Of a stretch of 63,986 nucleotides of DNA, positions 43,260-56,595 are shown piece after piece. Every line of letters starts with the position of its first letter. Position 1 is the stretch's first letter. A program made the position numbers and the translations under genes. Source of the DNA: Paraspadella gotoi. Lineage: Eukaryota; Animalia; Chaetognatha. The stretch spans positions 6,798,265 through 6,862,250 of the forward strand of contig CM119267.1 in assembly GCA_051294375.1 (NCBI GenBank). The letters run 5' to 3'. Below the pieces are notes generated by a model that saw nothing but the letters and a program-made list of their open reading frames with translations, was not told the origin of the DNA and ran no database searches.

Positions 43260-44147
43260 CTTCGCGGGTCAATTGACCTCTTGACCTGGACGAGGAAAAC
43301 GAAACTGTCCCGTTCCAAAAAACCCGTCGAGTCCCGTTGCCAAACAAAGATGAGAAGCGAACGGCGAAGTCTCGGTTTATGGCGTCGACCGCCCGACGAA
43401 AAGGCTTTGCTTGAGATGGGCTAGGGCGGAGTGCTCGGTCGGAGAACCTTGCCCGAAGTTTGTGGCTTTGAAAGGACTCAGGCGAAGGTCGGAGGGCGAA
43501 TGGCGGAGGGCGGAAGGCCAAAGGCGGAGGGCGGAGGGCGGATGGCGGAGGGCGGAGTGCTCGGTCGGAGAACCTTGCCCAAAATTTGAGGCTTTGAGAG
43601 GACGCTGCCGGAAAGGCTTTGCTTGCGATGAGCTCGGTCTGAGATCTTTGCCTCAATACGATTTCGCTGGAGAAAGTCGCAATTCTCATTTGCCGAAAAT
43701 ATTCTCCCGTCAATGTTGGAAAAATCAGTGTCGCTGAAAAATCGCGCGATAAAGTAATACTCGACAATGAAGAGAGAGAGATAATGCTTTTTTTTAAATG
43801 TACGATCGAAGATCTTATTGGGAAATTGCATCCCCCAGCACCCCCACCCAATCGACCTGAACAAGCAACCAGGCGGTCATGAAAGTGTCTGGCCTGACCA
43901 CGTTTCTTTTTTTTTAAATAGAGAGAAACAGGCGACCCGTGGAAAAAGTTAGCAGGTGGAAGGTAAAGAGCAACGCGAGTTGCAATTAAAGTGAGAAATG
44001 GGAGCCGAGGTTTTTTATTTTCTTTTTTTTTTGCGTCGCTAACGAGGATTTGATAGTTTTGGGATTGAACGACGCCGTCTGTTGTTGTTTGGTTGTTGTT
44101 GTCGTTGATCTGGATGAATTTACGCATCATTTCTGCTTTCATCATCG
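43260..44147 (-). CDS. Uncharacterised minus-strand gene, candidate exons 44147-44044, 43893-43857 and 43733-~43260
   Basis: Acceptors ttttccag, ggtcag, ttttcag; donors gttagc, gtcgat; all in the frame of ORF 42604-44145; a further noisy exon-like island at ~47162-47333; no domain recognised. Confidence 0.3.
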
Positions 44148-44223
44148 CTGGAAAAAAAAAGGATGACGAGGGAAACGTTATACATTTATTATTTTTTTGT
44201 GCGACGTCTAATTTGTCCGTCTG

Positions 44224-44260
<37 letters not shown>

Positions 44261-44312
44261 TTTTTTCTTTCTTTCTTTCTTTTTTCTTTCTTTCTTTCTT
44301 TCTTTCTTTCTA

Positions 44313-44344
<32 letters not shown>

Positions 44345-44348
44345 TCTA

Positions 44349-44393
<45 letters not shown>

Positions 44394-44394
<1 letters not shown>

Positions 44395-44649
44395 GGAGAC
44401 GTTTTAGGTCACGGACCGGTCATGTCTCTGGCCACCGTAGGTACCGGTGGTTGTTTAGCCACTGACCTTTGCGCTCGAGGACACTTGGGCCGACTTTTTT
44501 GGCTTTAAAAGCGGACAGCTCACCATGGTAGACACCAACTCGAAATACTGTTCCGTTCCACCGTATTACTGTTAATTTTAACTCCTTGTACATTGTATTA
44601 AATGTATCCCGTTTTAAACTGTCTCTTATCTTAATTATTCACGTCTCCA
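44394..44649 (+). repeat. 5' LTR
   Basis: Aligns over its full length to 46596-46850; differences are mostly indels. Confidence 0.85.
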
Positions 44650-45282
44650 ATAAATGTGTGATGCCGGTACGATACGAATTAAAAATCACGCAACCTTCCC
44701 GGAAATCAACCTTTTAAATTCAACCAAAAACTCTCACCCGAAAACCAAGCTTCTCTCCTCACCGATTCTTCGCTCCTAAACGTTTTGTTCCTAAATGTCC
44801 AATGTTCCCAAAATAAAACTTTTTCTCCCGTTCACAAGCCCCTTCAATTGAAACGCTGAAATTGTTGAACTTACAAACCCAACCTCCCGCTTCCGATAAA
44901 GAAAATAAAAAAAACAATCCTGTGGTCTATCGAATCTTGTCTTTCCTTCATACCAACTTTTCCCCCTATTTTTCCCAAAAACTTATGTATTCCAAATCTA
45001 AAAATACGTCTACACTCGATTCCCTTAGTTTCTTTTTAAATCTTCCCTACCCACTTTGTCTTGGGTTCCTTGTCTCTTAAAAAAAACTGGCGACAGTAAA
45101 ACTTTTAGCCAACAAACATTTTCGAATCGATTCGAATCTTCAGCGCCGATCTTGTATCTCAACCGCCCAGCCCTGATGGTGGTCTCCCGCCTAACAACGA
45201 CGAGTCATGAATCTTTTGCAAGACCCGCCTCCTTCGCCTACCCGACATCCCTTCTAAGCAAGTTCCTTCCTCAGAGGAAATC

Positions 45283-46572
45283 TTGAAGCATGTTCGTCAA
45301 ACAAATCAAGCTGCCAAAGGACGAATGGGTTTTCCGACATCTCCCAATCTCTCTTACGACTTTATCATATGGCCCCTTCCACTTCTCTTTGGCGCCAAAT
45401 ACCAAACTATAAACAACTTGCCCATCGATATGCACCGCACCTACAGAAACTTACGTTTTACTTACTTTGAGACAAAGGACAATTATCTGACTTCTTTGAC
45501 AAACGAATTCGAGCAACTCGTTGAAATTTATAATGAACAAATCAACATGTGAACTACGTCGCGTTGTCTTCGGCGATCGAACCTCCAACAACCACATATA
45601 TGCCTTGCAACAAAACAACATATGGCTATTCAGCACACGACGAATGGTCAAAGAAAATAGATAAGAAGATAAGGGAAATGATCTGAGGATTAGCAAGGTG
45701 CCACTACTCCGCTAACTGCCACTGCCTATAACAAAACTGCGACAACTTTCATGACCTCACTCCGACAAAGTCTACTACGCATATATCAAAATATTACAAA
45801 CAAAAAATCAATAGATACTAAAAATAACTTCTAGTGACTACGATGACGAAAAGCGACGACACTTCTCCGACGTTACTGTAACCAACATAAAATCCTATAT
45901 CACAGACAAAGAGCAAGGAACTTTTTGGCCCATGGCAATTGCGTATTGCAGCACCCAAACTGGCTAAATAAAGAATATGAAAACAACAGAGTAAAAGTGT
46001 CTGAGGCATCTTGCCTCCAACGTGCCGTGTGCGACATGGCGACGCAGACAGAGGGAGTCCAACGGATCACTCCAGAACTTTGGCCCGCTGATTCAGCATT
46101 GATCGGCGCTTTTGGACGCAATCAGCGCGATTTCCGCGGCTCGTCAGCCTCCATGACTACGCCATTAACTCTGCCATCCCCCGCGCCATCGAGGCATACT
46201 ACTGTGACCACCTGTCGCATCATCAAAGAGTGTATGAACAAGTCGCCTCTCTCGGCGCCAAAAATCGATTCTCTTTCTGCAAAGGTGTCTTCCCTTCAAC
46301 CGCCCCCATATTCGCCTCATCGGACGCTCCCGGACGGGCCTATCTTTCCAGCGCCACTTGCCTTAGGGCGAACCACCGCTCCAAGCCGCCGCTCTGCTTT
46401 CAAAACCCGCACCATCCCACAGTTGATGAAATTAAGGTTTGACCCATACGTTGTTCATCAACCAAGAAGCTGGTGGCGATCTGCGCGCGCGCTAACTTCC
46501 GCAAACGCCATCCGACGACAACGAGAAATTATGGCCGTCCTCCACTCCTTTCTTATCATCCACGCCAACTGA
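45283..46572 (+). pseudogene. Frameshifted orphan ORF inside the LTR element (pieces 45283-45552 and 45925-46572)
   Basis: High-complexity + strand ORFs of 89 and 215 aa; the last stops ~24 nt before the 3' LTR; no domain recognised; indel noise likely. Confidence 0.35.
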
Positions 46573-46595
46573 CGTAGCGTGGCTTGGGGGATGTA

Positions 46596-46850
46596 TGGAT
46601 GACGCTTTAGGTCACGTGGGTCATGTCTCTGGCCACCGTGGTAACCGCGTGGTTGTTTAGCCACTGACCTTGCGCTGAGGACACTTGGGCCGACTTTGGC
46701 TTAAAAAGCGGACAGCTCACGATGGTAGACACAACTCGAAATTACTTTCTCGTCACCGTTTATTACTGATTAATTTTAACTTCCTTGTTACATTGTATTA
46801 AATGTATCCCGTTTAACTTTGTCTCCTTAATCTTAATTATTCACTCGCCA
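46596..46850 (+). repeat. 3' LTR
   Basis: Aligns to 44394-44649; preceded by a short purine tract. Confidence 0.85.
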
Positions 46851-47920
46851 TATATCTATCTATCTATCTATCTATCTATGTATCTATCTATTAATGTATC
46901 CATCATTGGACTTTTCCTTCTCATTTAACAACCTATCTGTTTATCAGTCTTTCTGTCAGTCCGTCCCTCCATCTGCCCAATCCAAATCCGTCTTTTACTT
47001 TTTCCAATATCAATCCATCCCTTCTCTCCCTGTGTGGGCAGCCTCGTTTTTCTCTTCGCCTTAATACGTTTCAGTTAAGAAGATTTTCTTCTAAATTTTT
47101 CTCTCTCTTTTTCAGTCAAACAGAAGAAGATGGAAAAATAGAGGAGAAAGAGAGAGAGATTACGCATCGCATCAGCTGCTGCTGTATGTCTAATTACTCC
47201 GTACCGTTCTTTGGTCAGATCTGCATGTCATATACCGCGCGTTGGGCGACCAGAAATGTATGAAACAATCTCTTATGGCTCATGCTTCGATAAAGTAGAT
47301 GAGTACGGCGTTGGTCGCGCCATATACGAGATGAGACTGCTTTCTGAGAGAGAAAGAGAGAAGAGAAGAGACGAGACGAGAGAGAGAGAGAGATTGTCTC
47401 CATTGATTTTCTTCGCTTTCCTTCGATGATTCTCATTCATTAAATTCTTTGAAGGAGATTGAACTGACGAGGAGGAAGAGGAAGAGGAAGAAGAAGAGTT
47501 TAAAAAAGATATCATGAGAGAGAGTGAGCGAGAGAGAGAGAGAGTCGAAGGGAGAAACATTAGTGGAGATAAAGAAAATAGGAAAAGAGGGAGAGGGAGA
47601 GCGAGAGGAAAGAGGGAGAGGGAGAGGTTCACTTGGGCGAAAGTAAATTGACTCTTTTTTTTTATCGGTCTCTGCGTGGACATTGAAGTCCGTGTGTCTT
47701 TCTCTCGCTCTCTATTTCTCTCAAAACCTTTGATAACAGTAAAAAATGAAATTCGTGGTGTCAAGGGAAACGCTACGAATTATAGTATTATAGACGGCCC
47801 CAAATTGGCGTCGAAAAAGTTTTCTTTCAATGATATAAATATGTGCAAAAAACTGTTTAAATAAATGATTTGAAAAAAGAAGGGAAGAGATTCAGGGCAG
47901 AATATAAAAACTGGAAGAAG

Positions 47921-48040
<120 letters not shown>

Positions 48041-48173
48041 TAGAGAGAGAGAGAGAAAGAAGCTGAGAAGAGAAAAATAAATAAAAAGTAAGAAAGAGAA
48101 AGAAAGAAATAAATATAGATATGAAGATAGAATAAAAGAAAGAAAGAAATAAAGAAAGAAAGAAAGAGAGTAT

Positions 48174-48211
<38 letters not shown>

Positions 48212-48814
48212 TATATAGAGAAAAAAAAGTGAAAAAAAAGATAGAAAGACACAGAGACAGAGACAATAAGAGAAATAAAAGAGAGAGAGAGAGAGAACAA
48301 AAGGAGACGAATAGTCAATCTTGTTCTATGAAACGAATTCCTTTCATCGATTTTTCCCTTCGAGTTAAAATCCGAAGTCGAAAGACAAAGAATGACTTCG
48401 ATCCTGATTCACGGGAATTTATATCGGCTCAATTTAGTGATTTTGTTTAATTCAATTGAATAAATAAGCTAAATAAAAATATATAAATACGTTTTATTTC
48501 CAATTCAAAAGGATTAACAATAGCAAACGTTAACCTGACAAAAAAATGGGAACAGTTCAAGTTGAAGATTGAGCTTAAATGTAGAAGAAAAAAATATTTA
48601 TTCCTCTACTAATTACTGTATTTTCATAGTATAAGTCACGGAAATAATCTTTTTGAAACATTGGTATACGTTGCAGCACGTAACTATGTCCATCAGAAGC
48701 CTAAATATAATTTTGAATGTCAAAGTAGAGATTAAATTTTGAGCGTTTATCAAGAAAAAAAAATGTAACATTTAATATTTTAAGTATTTTAAAAGAATTT
48801 GTGTACATCCAACG

Positions 48815-48882
48815 AAATTTATTTCGCAAAGACAAAACATTTTTCGGCTCGGTTGTTAGCCTTCATCAGCGCAAAATAATTT
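48815..48882 (-). ncRNA. Degenerate type-I hammerhead ribozyme motif (Penelope/retrozyme-like)
   Basis: Minus strand reads AAAUUAUUUUGCG-CUGAUGA-A-GGCU(aacaaccg)AGCC-GAAA-aauguuuugucuu-UGCGAAAUAAAUUU; core, stem II and a long stem I are present; stem III is imperfect. Confidence 0.55.
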
Positions 48883-49277
48883 GTGTTGAGTTTAAATCGG
48901 AACAAACTTTTATACAGCCTATTTTTTCCCACACTAATAGCTAAAAAAAAACAGTTAATTTTAGTAATAAAACACTCAAATGAGAATTTTTTGCCGACAA
49001 ACAAAAAGAAAAGACAATAAAAAACATCATATATATTTTTTTCTCGAACAAAATAGCATCTTCGATTTATCGTTGGTTTGAGCGAAGGGCGAAGGGAAGG
49101 TCATCTATCGTTTATTGCGTCGAACATCAGCAGCGCCCTCCTGTGTCCTGACATCAGAACCAACAATAACAATGACGACAACAGCGGCGAGTCACAACTT
49201 GTGAAGAGGCAAGAGGGGGGGGAAACGTTGGACGAAATGTGCAAAGCGGATGATTTCCTATGGGAGAATTTAGTCTG

Positions 49278-49321
<44 letters not shown>

Positions 49322-49581
49322 CTCCTCTCTCTCTCTCTCTCACGTCTCCTTCCTACCGGCCGAGTCTTTATTACTTTATTTTTTTCAAGAGGGCGAGGGC
49401 CATTTTTTTTTCCGGACGAGAATTATTGTCATTACATCTTGTGATAACGAAAGAGGGCGAACGGAAGAGACGAAAGAGAAGAAAAGAGAAAGAGATACTG
49501 GTGGATATTATGAAATTGGTACAACCAATATATAAGATTAGGGATAGTCAGATTAGTCTTTCCTTTCCTTTTATTTTTTTT

Positions 49582-49621
<40 letters not shown>

Positions 49622-49625
49622 TTTT

Positions 49626-49689
<64 letters not shown>

Positions 49690-49866
49690 TATTCTTTCTT
49701 TCTTTCTTTTTTTCTTTTTTCTTTCTTTCTATCTCTCTATCTATTATTCGATATCCCAACATAAAAATCCAATAAGACGCCGTGTAAACGGCACGCGCGG
49801 CGAGTAAACTCGGAAATAAACAAAGACAACAGAAGAAGGAAAAGAAAACAATGTCAACCTTTCCGT

Positions 49867-49938
<72 letters not shown>

Positions 49939-49940
49939 AA

Positions 49941-50779
49941 GGGGACCAAGTGACCAGGGGAGGTAAAAAGCTGAAAGCATAACGTTTAACCCTTTAATTT
50001 AAGCTGGTTCTGACTATATGATTCTTTTTTTTATAATCATTTGGGAAAGTAGTTAAAAAATTCGATATAATCAGCTTGCTTAATTTTTTTTTTTAAATCG
50101 GTAAGAAGAAAATCTTTTTCAAATTTATAATTTTTTTTTTTAAAAAAGGATAAGATCTAATTTTAAAAAGATTTTCAGCTTTTATAACAAAAATTTATAA
50201 TAAAAAAAACTCAGAATGAATCAAAATTTAAGGTATCGACTGATTTTTTTAAAACTTTTTTTAAAAGATTCTGTTAATTGGATAAAAATAAAACTCTTTG
50301 AAGTAATATAAATATAAAAAGAAGATAAAGGTTCTGTACTTTTGCTATATTCTTAATTATTATAATTAGGAATTAATATAATTTAATAATACATATAAGG
50401 GATGAATATGAATATTAATTAATAGTTATTACAGTTTTATTTCTATAAGAATACAATTTAAGTTTGATTTTTCTGCTTTTCAGTGAATATAAAAATAAAA
50501 AGCTTTTGTTCAATAACGCTTAATCCTAAAATTGTAGCTTTATACAATAAAAAATAAAAATTTGGAATTTAGTAAAAAATATTTTCAAATGTAAAAATAA
50601 AATAATAGATCATATACATATTTAGGTAGGATTAACTAAATTTTTGTTTCTGCTACAATAAGAGATAGGAATTTTTTAGCCACTTTCTTGTGTAAAGAAA
50701 AATTAATGATTATCACCATTCAAATTCCTTTGATGATAGACCCTTAAGCTTATGATATCATTTTTTTCACTGGGTCCCC
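49941..50779. mobile_element. Non-autonomous Kolobok-like DNA transposon (839 bp)
   Basis: TTAA on both sides (49937-49940, 50780-50783); 13-bp TIRs GGGGACCAAGTGA / TCACTGGGTCCCC with 1 mismatch; purine-starting termini fit Kolobok rather than piggyBac; AT-rich non-coding interior. Confidence 0.8.
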
Positions 50780-51149
50780 TTAAAGCTATTTCTTTCCCTT
50801 TTCTTTTTTGTTCTCTCGCTTTTCTATCCTTTTTTTATGTTTAATTCAATATTCTGTTAATGTAAAGTTACCATGACTGTAATATTTTAGTTTTTAAGAA
50901 AAAATGTACATAGCCTTTACGTTTCTTATCAATAATTATAAAAGTATATACATGTAACTTAATTGAAATTCATCTCTGCTCCGTCGGAGGAGACCGTGGG
51001 AGAAAAACAACAAACAGAAAGGCAACATCAAACGAACTTGCGGGAGAAAACAACTAAACAAATATACAATACAATACGAACTTACAACACGGTGAAAAAT
51101 GTATAGACATTCGATAACCGTAGTTAATATGCAATTTCAGAAACACCTG

Positions 51150-51232
<83 letters not shown>

Positions 51233-51250
51233 TAATAATATTAATAATAA
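51150..51250. repeat. (AAT)n microsatellite
   Basis: Direct inspection. Confidence 0.95.
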
Positions 51251-51439
51251 CAATTATAATGTATCATTCTTATACAGATATATACCCCTGTTATAATAAT
51301 AAGGAATGATAATGATAATGATAATAATTCTAGCTTTTTCAGACACATCTTGCCTTACCATTCATTCGGCTTCCAGTTTTGAGAAAAGCGTTTTGAATAA
51401 AGAGCAAAATCCAAACTTAATGTGTCTCTCACTCTCCTT

Positions 51440-51499
<60 letters not shown>

Positions 51500-51757
51500 A
51501 TCTCTCTTTTATGGTTTGGTTTTCTATGCCATAATCTAGAATCGTTCTCTCCATTCGATAGACTTTTTCTCTCAGTTAAATTAAAGAAAAAAAATAAATT
51601 TTATAATTTTTTTTTTTTGAGTCTTCGACTTTGGCGGCCATTTTGAAAAAAAAAGTTTTCTTTTCAGTTTGAGCAAAAAGATAGGGATTGAGGGAAAAAG
51701 GTTGGGGAATTCGTGATCTGTCTTAGATCAGGGAGAGAGAGATGAGAGAGAGGAGAG

Positions 51758-51805
<48 letters not shown>

Positions 51806-52099
51806 AAGGCAGCGCGGGGAAAAAGAACGCCAAAGATAAACTGCAATGAAACTGGTGGTGCATTGAAAACAGGAGAACAAACGGTTTGAGGAAAAGAAAA
51901 ACCAAGAGAGGGAGAAAGAGCGAGATAGACAGGATAACAGTGAGTGAGAAAGATAGAAAAAGATAGCAAGAAGAGAAAAGAAAGAACGTGGAAAGCAAGA
52001 AGGATAAAAAGAAAGTAGAAAAAAAAGAAGGAAAAAATACGGCAAAGTAAACAAAAGGGAGAGACAATGAGGAGAAAGAGGGAAAAAAGACAGGGAAGA

Positions 52100-52206
<107 letters not shown>

Positions 52207-52318
52207 AGAGAGAGAAGAGAGAGCGAGACAAAGAGACGACATAAATCTCGATTTCCAGGGAAACGTGGAATTTTCTTTCCGGCAGTAAAATGTAACCGAA
52301 TCGCCATTGGTATTTTTT

Positions 52319-52427
<109 letters not shown>

Positions 52428-52988
52428 GAATCCGGATCTGGCGCTGAGCGACCAGTTTTTATTTAATTCCTCCGTTTCATTATTAGCTACATTATTATTA
52501 GTAATAAGGCGTTAACGAAAGAAACTTTTGTTAACTAAAATCTTTGGCTCTTTTTCGTCGTCGTCATCATCTCTTCCCTAATTCGTTTTGATACAGAAAT
52601 TTCTACCTCAAGAAAAAAAAGGAAACCCACCCATTCTATCTTTGGTTTCTCCTTTTCTCTCTTCCATTTTTTTCCTTTTTTCCATTTCTCTTTTCCTTTT
52701 TTCCTCCTTTTTTTTATCGTTCCTTCATTCATTTCTTTTCTTTCATTTGCAAGAATTTACATTCTAAGCCTCCCAGTAATTTCCACCTGGTGAAAGGAAT
52801 CCGCCCAACCCCGAAAACTACCCAAGCTACCAGTTCTTTTCTTTTTTTTCTTTTCTTTTCTTTTCTTTCTTTTTTCTTTCTTTTTTTCTTTCTTTCTTTC
52901 TTTTTTTTTTCTTTCTTTCTTTCTTTCTTTTTTTGGTTGTTTCCCATTTTCGCTTCATTTCACCCCTTCTTCCCGTTTCACCAATTTT

Positions 52989-53087
<99 letters not shown>

Positions 53088-53308
53088 TTGTCACTTTTTC
53101 CTTTAACCCAAGACCTTTTATACTAAATTTCAAATATTACATAACTCTCTTTCCTAAACGTCTAGACTCACCTTCTTTCTCGATTCCGAGTTCAGCCATC
53201 ATTTTCGGTTTTCCCCCCGCATTTTCCTTTCCTTACCTCACCCACCTCCCAAGTTTCCTTACCTTCCTCATCCACCACCCCCCTTCCCCAACCTTCCCTC
53301 ATCCACAC

Positions 53309-53585
53309 ACAATGTTATATTTGAAAATGGGCCTCCAGGTTAACGCCCTGCTCCTTCCTCCGTCCGCCTATCTCGTTCACAATGTTATATTTCTAAAAAA
53401 GGCCTCCAGGTTAAACTGCCCTGCTCCTTTCCTCCACGTCCGCCTATCTCGTACACAATGTTATATTTTGAAAAAGGGCGTCCAGGGTTAACGCCCCTGC
53501 TCCTTCCTCCGTCCGCCTTATCTCGTTACACGAATGTTTATTATTTGTAAAAGGGCCTCCAGGTTAACGCCCTGCTCCTTCCTCC
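53309..53585. repeat. ~70-bp tandem repeat, ~4 copies
   Basis: acaatgttatattt..gggcctccaggttaacgccctgctccttcctccgtccgcctatctcgt starts at 53309, 53379, 53455 and ~53530. Confidence 0.9.
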
Positions 53586-54589
53586 CCCTTCCCTTCCTCT
53601 AGAATTTTCAGTCTTTGTCGTTTCCGTCCATATTTTCCCGATTCCTCTCTCCCTGTTTCGCACGACTGCCATTTTGCCATTTTTGCCATTTTTGCCATTC
53701 TGGGCGAGGAGAGAACCTTGGGTTCTTCATCCATCCTAATCCTCGCGACTCGACGGCGTCACCTCGGGAGAATCCGCGCGGAAACGGACAAACGGACGAA
53801 CGGACGAACGGACTGCGCGTGAATGGACTTCCGCGGACGGATTGACTCGAGGGAAAATATTGTCTCCCTTCGGAATGTAATAGTGATTAGTGATAGCGAA
53901 TAGTGATTAGTGAATAGTGATTATCAACTCTTTCAGACAGTGAAAATTAGCGAAAATGAACTGTGTACGGACAGAGGGACAAATACATGCCTACAGAATA
54001 TGTGCACTGTTGATGTTGAGTGTTTACGGATGACAGTAAAAAAGCAAGAACCCTGATTTCACATTTCGCTTTTCAGCGACAGCGAGGCGACGACAAATCT
54101 CTCTACTCTCTTCTATTTTTTGTGTGTTTTTTTTTCGCACCATACGATTCGAAATTTAAAGTCAAATCTGTCATTTCGAAGTACAAGGATTATTATTTTA
54201 AAAACCGATACCACTTTTTGCGTTCGATTCTCTACTTTAAGCTCCTATCTTTGGGGCTCCTCTCATTCCAGCTCCCATCCTTCCAGCTCCTCTCATTCCA
54301 GCACCTCTCGTTACCTGCTCCTCTATTCTCAGCTCCTATCTTTCCGGCTCTTCTCTATCCAGCACCCCTCGTTTCTTGCTACTCCCTTTTCGGCTCCTAT
54401 CTTTCCGGCTCCTCTCTTTCTGGCACCCCTCATTTCCTACTCCTCTCTTCTCAGCTCCTATCTTTCTTCCTCGTCCTTTTTCGCTTCCATCGCCAAATCC
54501 TGAAAGAGGGAAATGATTAGGGCGATAAAAACAGAAATGGAACCGCTATACTTTTCCCCCGTTCCTGAGGACATCTCCAATGTGCCCTT

Positions 54590-54709
<120 letters not shown>

Positions 54710-55277
54710 TCCATCGTAATCTCGCGCTTTTATTGCTACCGTCGCCATTTTAAGGATTCCACGAAAAACGATTAATTTTTGTGAGCTAAAATCTTTTTTT
54801 TTTCTTGTCGCTCATCTCCTTACGAATCGTTATGTTTAACAATTTACGCTACGTACAGAGTCCTACAACATTTGAGAAATAGAAATAGAAATTGAAATAG
54901 AAATAGAACAACTCCAGTGGAATAGTAAAACAATTAAGGGGCGTCCAGGGTATTGCTATAATATTATATTGTAAGATATATGGAAGCCTCAATTCACCAC
55001 AGATTGTCTAAAGTCAGGGGAAAGATAGTTGGTCAAATTAGTAGTACCAGAAATCATCAGAAATCGTATAATAAATAAAAAATAACAACTTTTGCAAGAT
55101 AACCGAATCAAAATGGATTATTTTACGCTATCGTCGTGTCAGACGGTTTCCATCGGATTGAAAACGAGAGAAAAGAAAAAAAAATATAGATAAAACAAAA
55201 GACGTCTTCGTAGTGATTTATTTTTCGAAGAACTGAAGGAAAAGACTGGAGGCCTCTGGCGGGAAAGAAATCAAAAC

Positions 55278-55338
<61 letters not shown>

Positions 55339-55687
55339 AGGAGAGAGAGAGAGAGAGAGAATGGAGAGCAAAGATGAAAAATGGTAAATAAAGGAAATGT
55401 TAATGGCGGTCGATTGAGGAAAAGAAAAATGGAGGCTTGTTTATTTTCTTCGGGTTTTTTTTTCGGTGGAGGATGAAAGATGAAAGAGGGGAGGGGAGGA
55501 AAGGGAGGAAAAGGGAGGAAAGAAAGAGAGAAGGAGGAAAGGAGGAAGGAAGGGAGAAAAGGGAGAAGAAAGAGAGAAAGGAGGAAAGGAGGGAAGAGGA
55601 AGAGAAAGAAGAAGTTAAAGTGGAGGAAAGGAAGATAGACGGAATGGGAAAAAGAGTGATGGTCTTAGAGAGAGAGAGAGAGAGGAG

Positions 55688-55746
<59 letters not shown>

Positions 55747-56279
55747 TAGATAGAGAGAGAGAGATAATGAGAAGAGAGAGAGAGAGAGAGAAAGGGAGAG
55801 AGAGAGAGAGGGAAAATCTCGCTGACTCCATATTCATAATAATTCATGCTCTGTTGTCTCCACAGAAAATTCGAAAGAGAGTGAAGTTTAGATTACATTT
55901 TTTCCCTTTTTTTTTGTCGATAATGTTGACTCGTCTCAGTTTTAATTAAAATTCTTCTTTATTTATTTTTTCTCGGATCAAGTTCTTCCCATTATTTATT
56001 TTTTTTAATTATTTGGTCGTCTTCATTCTTTTCTTGTAATCTCCGTTCTAGATCTTGTTAATATCCCATATTTTATTCGCCTCGAATATATATTTAATAA
56101 GTCAGCCTCAACTAAATACGTTTTAATAATTCATTTATTGAGCAGTATATATTTTTCTCGGTGAAATCATCATAAAGATTTTTGTCCTCAAATCGTTTTG
56201 TCAAAATATCATTACAGGAGATACAGAGATAGAACCGGATCAAAGACTCGGGGTGAAATCAACGAAATGGAATCAAGCT

Positions 56280-56325
56280 CTCTGATTGGTCGAGACCCGA
56301 AAGGAATCGGCCAATAGGCGGATGG
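56280..56325. promoter_or_regulatory. Paired CCAAT boxes (ctgattggtc, ggccaatag), possible promoter of the next minus-strand gene
   Basis: Two oppositely oriented NF-Y-like motifs ~27 bp apart in a CpG-richer patch, ~150 bp past the DSD1 stop. Confidence 0.3.
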
Positions 56326-56416
56326 GCTTAAATGATATCATCGCATCGATGTCGGTTCCTTGCGCGTCGCCGATTTTCCCGCCATGAATGACTAATTGTC
56401 ATTTTGGTTGAGCTTT

Positions 56417-56480
56417 AATCGTAGCCTCGATCCCAATGTTCGTCAAAATCGTAGCCTCGATCCCAATGTCCGTCAAAATC
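56417..56480. repeat. 30-bp tandem duplication spanning the DSD1 stop codon and 3' UTR
   Basis: aatcgtagcctcgatcccaatgt(t/c)cgtcaa twice. Confidence 0.85.
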
Positions 56481-56595
56481 CGCGACATGGTCGATACCGA
56501 CCAACGATTCTGCCGCCGCGCTGAACCCAGTAGAAGGGGAACATCCCCGCTGTGGCGCAGGAGTTGAAAGGGATGAAACTCAATTTGCTTCCGAT
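56473..56595 (-). CDS. DSD1: DSD1-like terminal exon 10 ([16 protein letters not shown]...PCRGF*)
   Basis: atttcag acceptor; G.KL..IP..SCATA motif; TGA at 56475-56473. Confidence 0.92.
   Translation of the reverse strand: MGSKLSFIPFNSCATAGMFPFYWVQRGGRIVGRYRPCRGF

Larger units (their letters stand above)
44394..46850 (+). mobile_element. Non-autonomous LTR-type element (~255-bp direct repeats, ~1.95-kb interior) inserted in a (TATC)n microsatellite
   Basis: Direct repeats at 44394-44649 and 46596-46850 with TG...CA ends; left copy has inverted ends TGGAGACGT/ACGTCTCCA; G-run (ttgggggatg) before the right repeat; (TATC)n on both flanks; no RT, RNase H or integrase motif recognised. Confidence 0.8.

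Noticed and set aside
43650-43733. DGRIFSANENC resembling an ADAMTS segment
   Set aside because: Short match only; no HExxH or other ADAMTS exons seen.
45115-45150. Second hammerhead candidate (minus-strand CTGAAGA...GAAA) over the palindrome TTCGAATCGATTCGAA
   Set aside because: Stem II is out of register and I found no stem I or III.
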